Source: Planctomycetota bacterium
Lineage (GTDB): Bacteria > Planctomycetota > Planctomycetia > JALXBF01
Reading direction: 5' to 3'
Length of the DNA stretch: 64,000 nucleotides
NCBI GenBank assembly: GCA_026981825.1
Contig: JALSID010000163.1
Span: forward strand, 6,936 to 70,935
Part shown: positions 61,614 through 64,000 of the stretch, one piece after another
Numbering within the stretch: the stretch's first letter is position 1
Layout: each line of letters begins with the position of its first letter
The notes under the pieces: model-generated
What the model was told of the DNA's origin: nothing
The model's input: the letters and a program-made list of their open reading frames with translations, nothing else
Database searches by the model: none
Translations under genes and position numbers: made by a program

Positions 61614-62492
61614 TCAGTCGATCACCTTGTTTAGCGGGAATTCGACGATGCCGCGTGCTCCCGCCTGCTTCAACCGAGGGATGATGTCCCGCACGGTGCT
61701 TTCGTCAACCACCGCCAGGACGTCGACCCACTGGGGATCGGAGAGGGCGGAAATCGTAGGCGTTTGCAGCGCCGGTAGAACGCTCAGAACGTCGTCAAGC
61801 TTGTCCTTGGGGACGTTCATCATCAGCCCCACCTTTGTTTCGGCACGGATAGCCGCCTGGAGCAAGAGCGCCAGGCTCTCGATTTTTGCCCTCTTCCACG
61901 GGTCCTGCCAGGCGCGCTCGTTGGCAATCAGCCGTGGGGTGCTGACGAGCACCGTATCGACGATCCGCAGGTTGTTGGCGCGCAACGAGCTGCCCGTTTC
62001 CGTCACCTCGACAATGGCATCGGCCAGGTCCGGGGGCTTGACTTCCGTGGCGCCCCATGAGAACTCGACCTCGGCCCGTACACCGTTTTGTTCCAGGTAC
62101 CGCCTGGTCAGGTTCACGGCTTCCGTAGCGATTCGCTTGCCTTCCAGATCGCGCACGCTTTGAATCGGTGAGTCCTGGGGCACGGCGAGCACCCACCGGA
62201 CCGGCCGCCGGCTGACTTTGGAAAAAACAAGCTCGCATACCTCGACAACGCGAGCGTTGTTCTCCACGATCCAGTCATAGCCCGTGAGGCCCGCGTCGAT
62301 TGCTCCCTGCTCCACATAGCGGGCCATCTCCTGAGCACGGATCAGAACACAGGAAAGCTCTGGGTCATCGACATGGGGGTAATAGCTCCTGGACTGGAAG
62401 GTGATCTTCCAGCCGGCTTTGCGAAACAGTTCGGCCGTCGCCTCTTGCAGGCTTCCGGCGGGAAGCCCCAGCTTCAGTACTCGCTCACTCAT
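61614..62492 (-). CDS. hisG: ATP phosphoribosyltransferase (long form)
   Basis: Full-length HisG-like pattern including the C-terminal regulatory domain; 4-nt overlap with hisI. Confidence 0.9.
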   Translation of the reverse strand: MSERVLKLGLPAGSLQEATAELFRKAGWKITFQSRSYYPHVDDPELSCVLIRAQEMARYVEQGAIDAGLTGYDWIVENNARVVEVCELVFSKVSRRPVRWVLAVPQDSPIQSVRDLEGKRIATEAVNLTRRYLEQNGVRAEVEFSWGATEVKPPDLADAIVEVTETGSSLRANNLRIVDTVLVSTPRLIANERAWQDPWKRAKIESLALLLQAAIRAETKVGLMMNVPKDKLDDVLSVLPALQTPTISALSDPQWVDVLAVVDESTVRDIIPRLKQAGARGIVEFPLNKVID

Positions 62493-62869
62493 CGCCGTCC
62501 ATACACCTCATCTGGATCGAACACCCGCTCAGCCACAACCTTCAGCTCCCCGTTCTCGTATCGGCGGTAGAAGCAGCTCTTGTACCCCTTATGGCAGGCA
62601 GCCCCGCCAACCTGCCGGACGCGAAGGAGAACCGTGTCGGCGTCGCAGTCCAGATAGACCTCCTTGACCTCCTGCACATGTCCGCTCTCCTCGCCCTTGC
62701 GCCAGAGTTTGCCCCGACTGCGTGAGTAGTAGCACGCGCGACCGGTCCGCATGGTCTCGTCGAACGCTTCCTCGTTCATGTAGGCCAGCATGAGAACCTC
62801 GCCACTGGCTTCGTCCTGGACGATCACGGGGACCAGTCCCCCTTGTTTGGCGAAGTCCGGCTTTTCCAT
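62489..62869 (-). CDS. hisI: phosphoribosyl-AMP cyclohydrolase (monofunctional)
   Basis: ...GLVPVIVQD...[13 protein letters not shown]...YSRSR..LW.KGE.SG..Q.V....DCD.D..L..V.Q.GGAACH: HisI motifs with Zn-binding Cys. Confidence 0.9.
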   Translation of the reverse strand: MEKPDFAKQGGLVPVIVQDEASGEVLMLAYMNEEAFDETMRTGRACYYSRSRGKLWRKGEESGHVQEVKEVYLDCDADTVLLRVRQVGGAACHKGYKSCFYRRYENGELKVVAERVFDPDEVYGRR

Positions 62870-62896
62870 TGCTTTGCCCCTTGCCTGGACGGGAAC

Positions 62897-63964
62897 CTAC
62901 CCAACAACTGCCGTATCCCCCTCGCCCTGGGCCAGATCCGTGCGGACAGATTGCCATGGCCGCCCATACCGCGCCAGTCGACGGGTTAGCAGGGGCGAGT
63001 GGGCAAACAAGGCGGGAGTTCCGCCGGTATGGATGAAGAGCACGTCCTCCTGCGGGGCGTAGACTCCCTTGCGAACATCATCCAGCAAGGCTGCGAACGC
63101 CTTGGCCGAGTAGATCGGATCGAGCAGGATCGCCTCCTTGCGCGCAAGCAGCTCTAACGCCTGCAAGCCTTCCTCAGACGCCATACCGTAAGCAGGCCCG
63201 ATGTAGTTGACGTCGACATCCACATCCTCGGCGCGCAGCCCTGGCTCCTCGCCAATCCGGAACGCCGCCCGGTTGGCCAGGTCGGCAATGTGTCGATCCA
63301 TCGGCCACGGCCACTCAATCGGAGCAATGATGCGGAGCCGGCCAGTCCATCCCATGAGGCGGAGGCCGGCCGCCAGCCCGGCCCCCGTAGCACCAGATGA
63401 CGACACGTAGATCGCTTTCGGACGAACGCATCGAACCCAGAGCTGCTTGAATAACTCGGCGGCAGCCACAATGTAGCTCACCGCCGCCAGCTCCTCGACA
63501 ACCGGATCCGCGGCGCAGAAGACAGGGCCACCGTGGAACTCCGCTTCCCTGGCCACGTCCCAGAGGAGCTGTCGAAACCGCGGACCGAGGGGGACATCAA
63601 CAAACTCAACCGTCGCGCCCAAGAGGTGGTCGAGCAACAGATTGCCCTGGGCAGCAGCGTACAGCGCGGTATCCGTTGTTTCGCCGTGGGCGGTCGTTAG
63701 CACGAGATGAAGCGGGAGCCCCAAGCGCGCGCAGGTCGCTGCTGTCTGGCGACAGTTGTTCGATTGAACCGACGCGCCCCAGACCACCCCGCGCACGCCG
63801 CGGCGCATCGCCTCCCCGAACACGAACTCGTTGTGCCGCGTCTTGTTCCCGCCGAACGCCAACCCGGTGCAGTCGTCCCGCTTGATCCAGAGCCGAACGC
63901 CCCCGACCTCGGCCGATAGCGCGGGCAGCGGCTCCAGCGGCGTCGGCAGATGGGCCAGCCGCAA
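62897..63964 (-). CDS. PLP-dependent ACC deaminase / D-cysteine desulfhydrase family protein
   Basis: LPTPLEPL...IKRDD.TG.AFGGNKTR (Lys-PLP motif). Listed start is TTG at 63964. The frame stays open to the window end, so the true start may lie beyond 64000. Confidence 0.8.
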   Translation of the reverse strand: MRLAHLPTPLEPLPALSAEVGGVRLWIKRDDCTGLAFGGNKTRHNEFVFGEAMRRGVRGVVWGASVQSNNCRQTAATCARLGLPLHLVLTTAHGETTDTALYAAAQGNLLLDHLLGATVEFVDVPLGPRFRQLLWDVAREAEFHGGPVFCAADPVVEELAAVSYIVAAAELFKQLWVRCVRPKAIYVSSSGATGAGLAAGLRLMGWTGRLRIIAPIEWPWPMDRHIADLANRAAFRIGEEPGLRAEDVDVDVNYIGPAYGMASEEGLQALELLARKEAILLDPIYSAKAFAALLDDVRKGVYAPQEDVLFIHTGGTPALFAHSPLLTRRLARYGRPWQSVRTDLAQGEGDTAVVG

Positions 63965-64000
63965 CCGCCTGAGCCTGTCCGCTGCGACCAGTCGCTCGAT

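Overview
This window is high-GC (about 65-70% by eye) chromosomal DNA whose gene content is typical of Planctomycetota. Family-level markers include a DUF1559 prepilin-like protein, a PSCyt/DUF1549/DUF1553 plus DUF1501 gene pair, an N-terminal 'RLEQLEQRLLLS' pre-signal motif on a secreted protein, and many large TPR and secreted proteins. I call about 53 protein-coding genes. I found no rRNA, tRNA, CRISPR array, transposase or integrase.

Recognisable housekeeping genes are dnaA, mdh, guaB, dapF, cobL, nfo, tmk, ribBA, hisG, hisI and three tandem tatA paralogs. Others with clear homology are an ExbB/ExbD pair, an ECF sigma factor with a zinc-finger anti-sigma factor, a YjeF-N NAD(P)H-hydrate epimerase, a prolyl oligopeptidase, an M24 aminopeptidase, an amidase, a PP2C phosphatase, an FAH-family hydrolase, a PIG-L deacetylase and a UroD-family protein.

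The most interesting candidates are listed below.
- A four-gene minus-strand operon at 5345-12307 encodes a giant TPR protein, ExbB, ExbD and a membrane-anchored Pro-rich protein. The last protein has a C-terminal QW-repeat (prenyltransferase/squalene-cyclase-like) alpha/alpha-toroid domain where a TonB or TolA C-domain would normally be. The three tatA paralogs lie directly downstream on the same strand.
- An ECF sigma / anti-sigma / HtrA-like triad at 20426-23148 in which the protease appears catalytically dead.
- An orphan 722-aa protein at 1650-3818 with no recognisable domain.
- A standalone FliG-C-like protein next to a PP2C phosphatase.
- A TPR-YggX fusion protein.
- The dnaA upstream region at 17181-17200 carries two adjacent DnaA-box-like 9-mers, and gene strand switches at 13.66-14.21 kb, so the replication origin is probably inside this window.

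All functional calls rest on recognising motifs in the translated ORFs. No database search was run.
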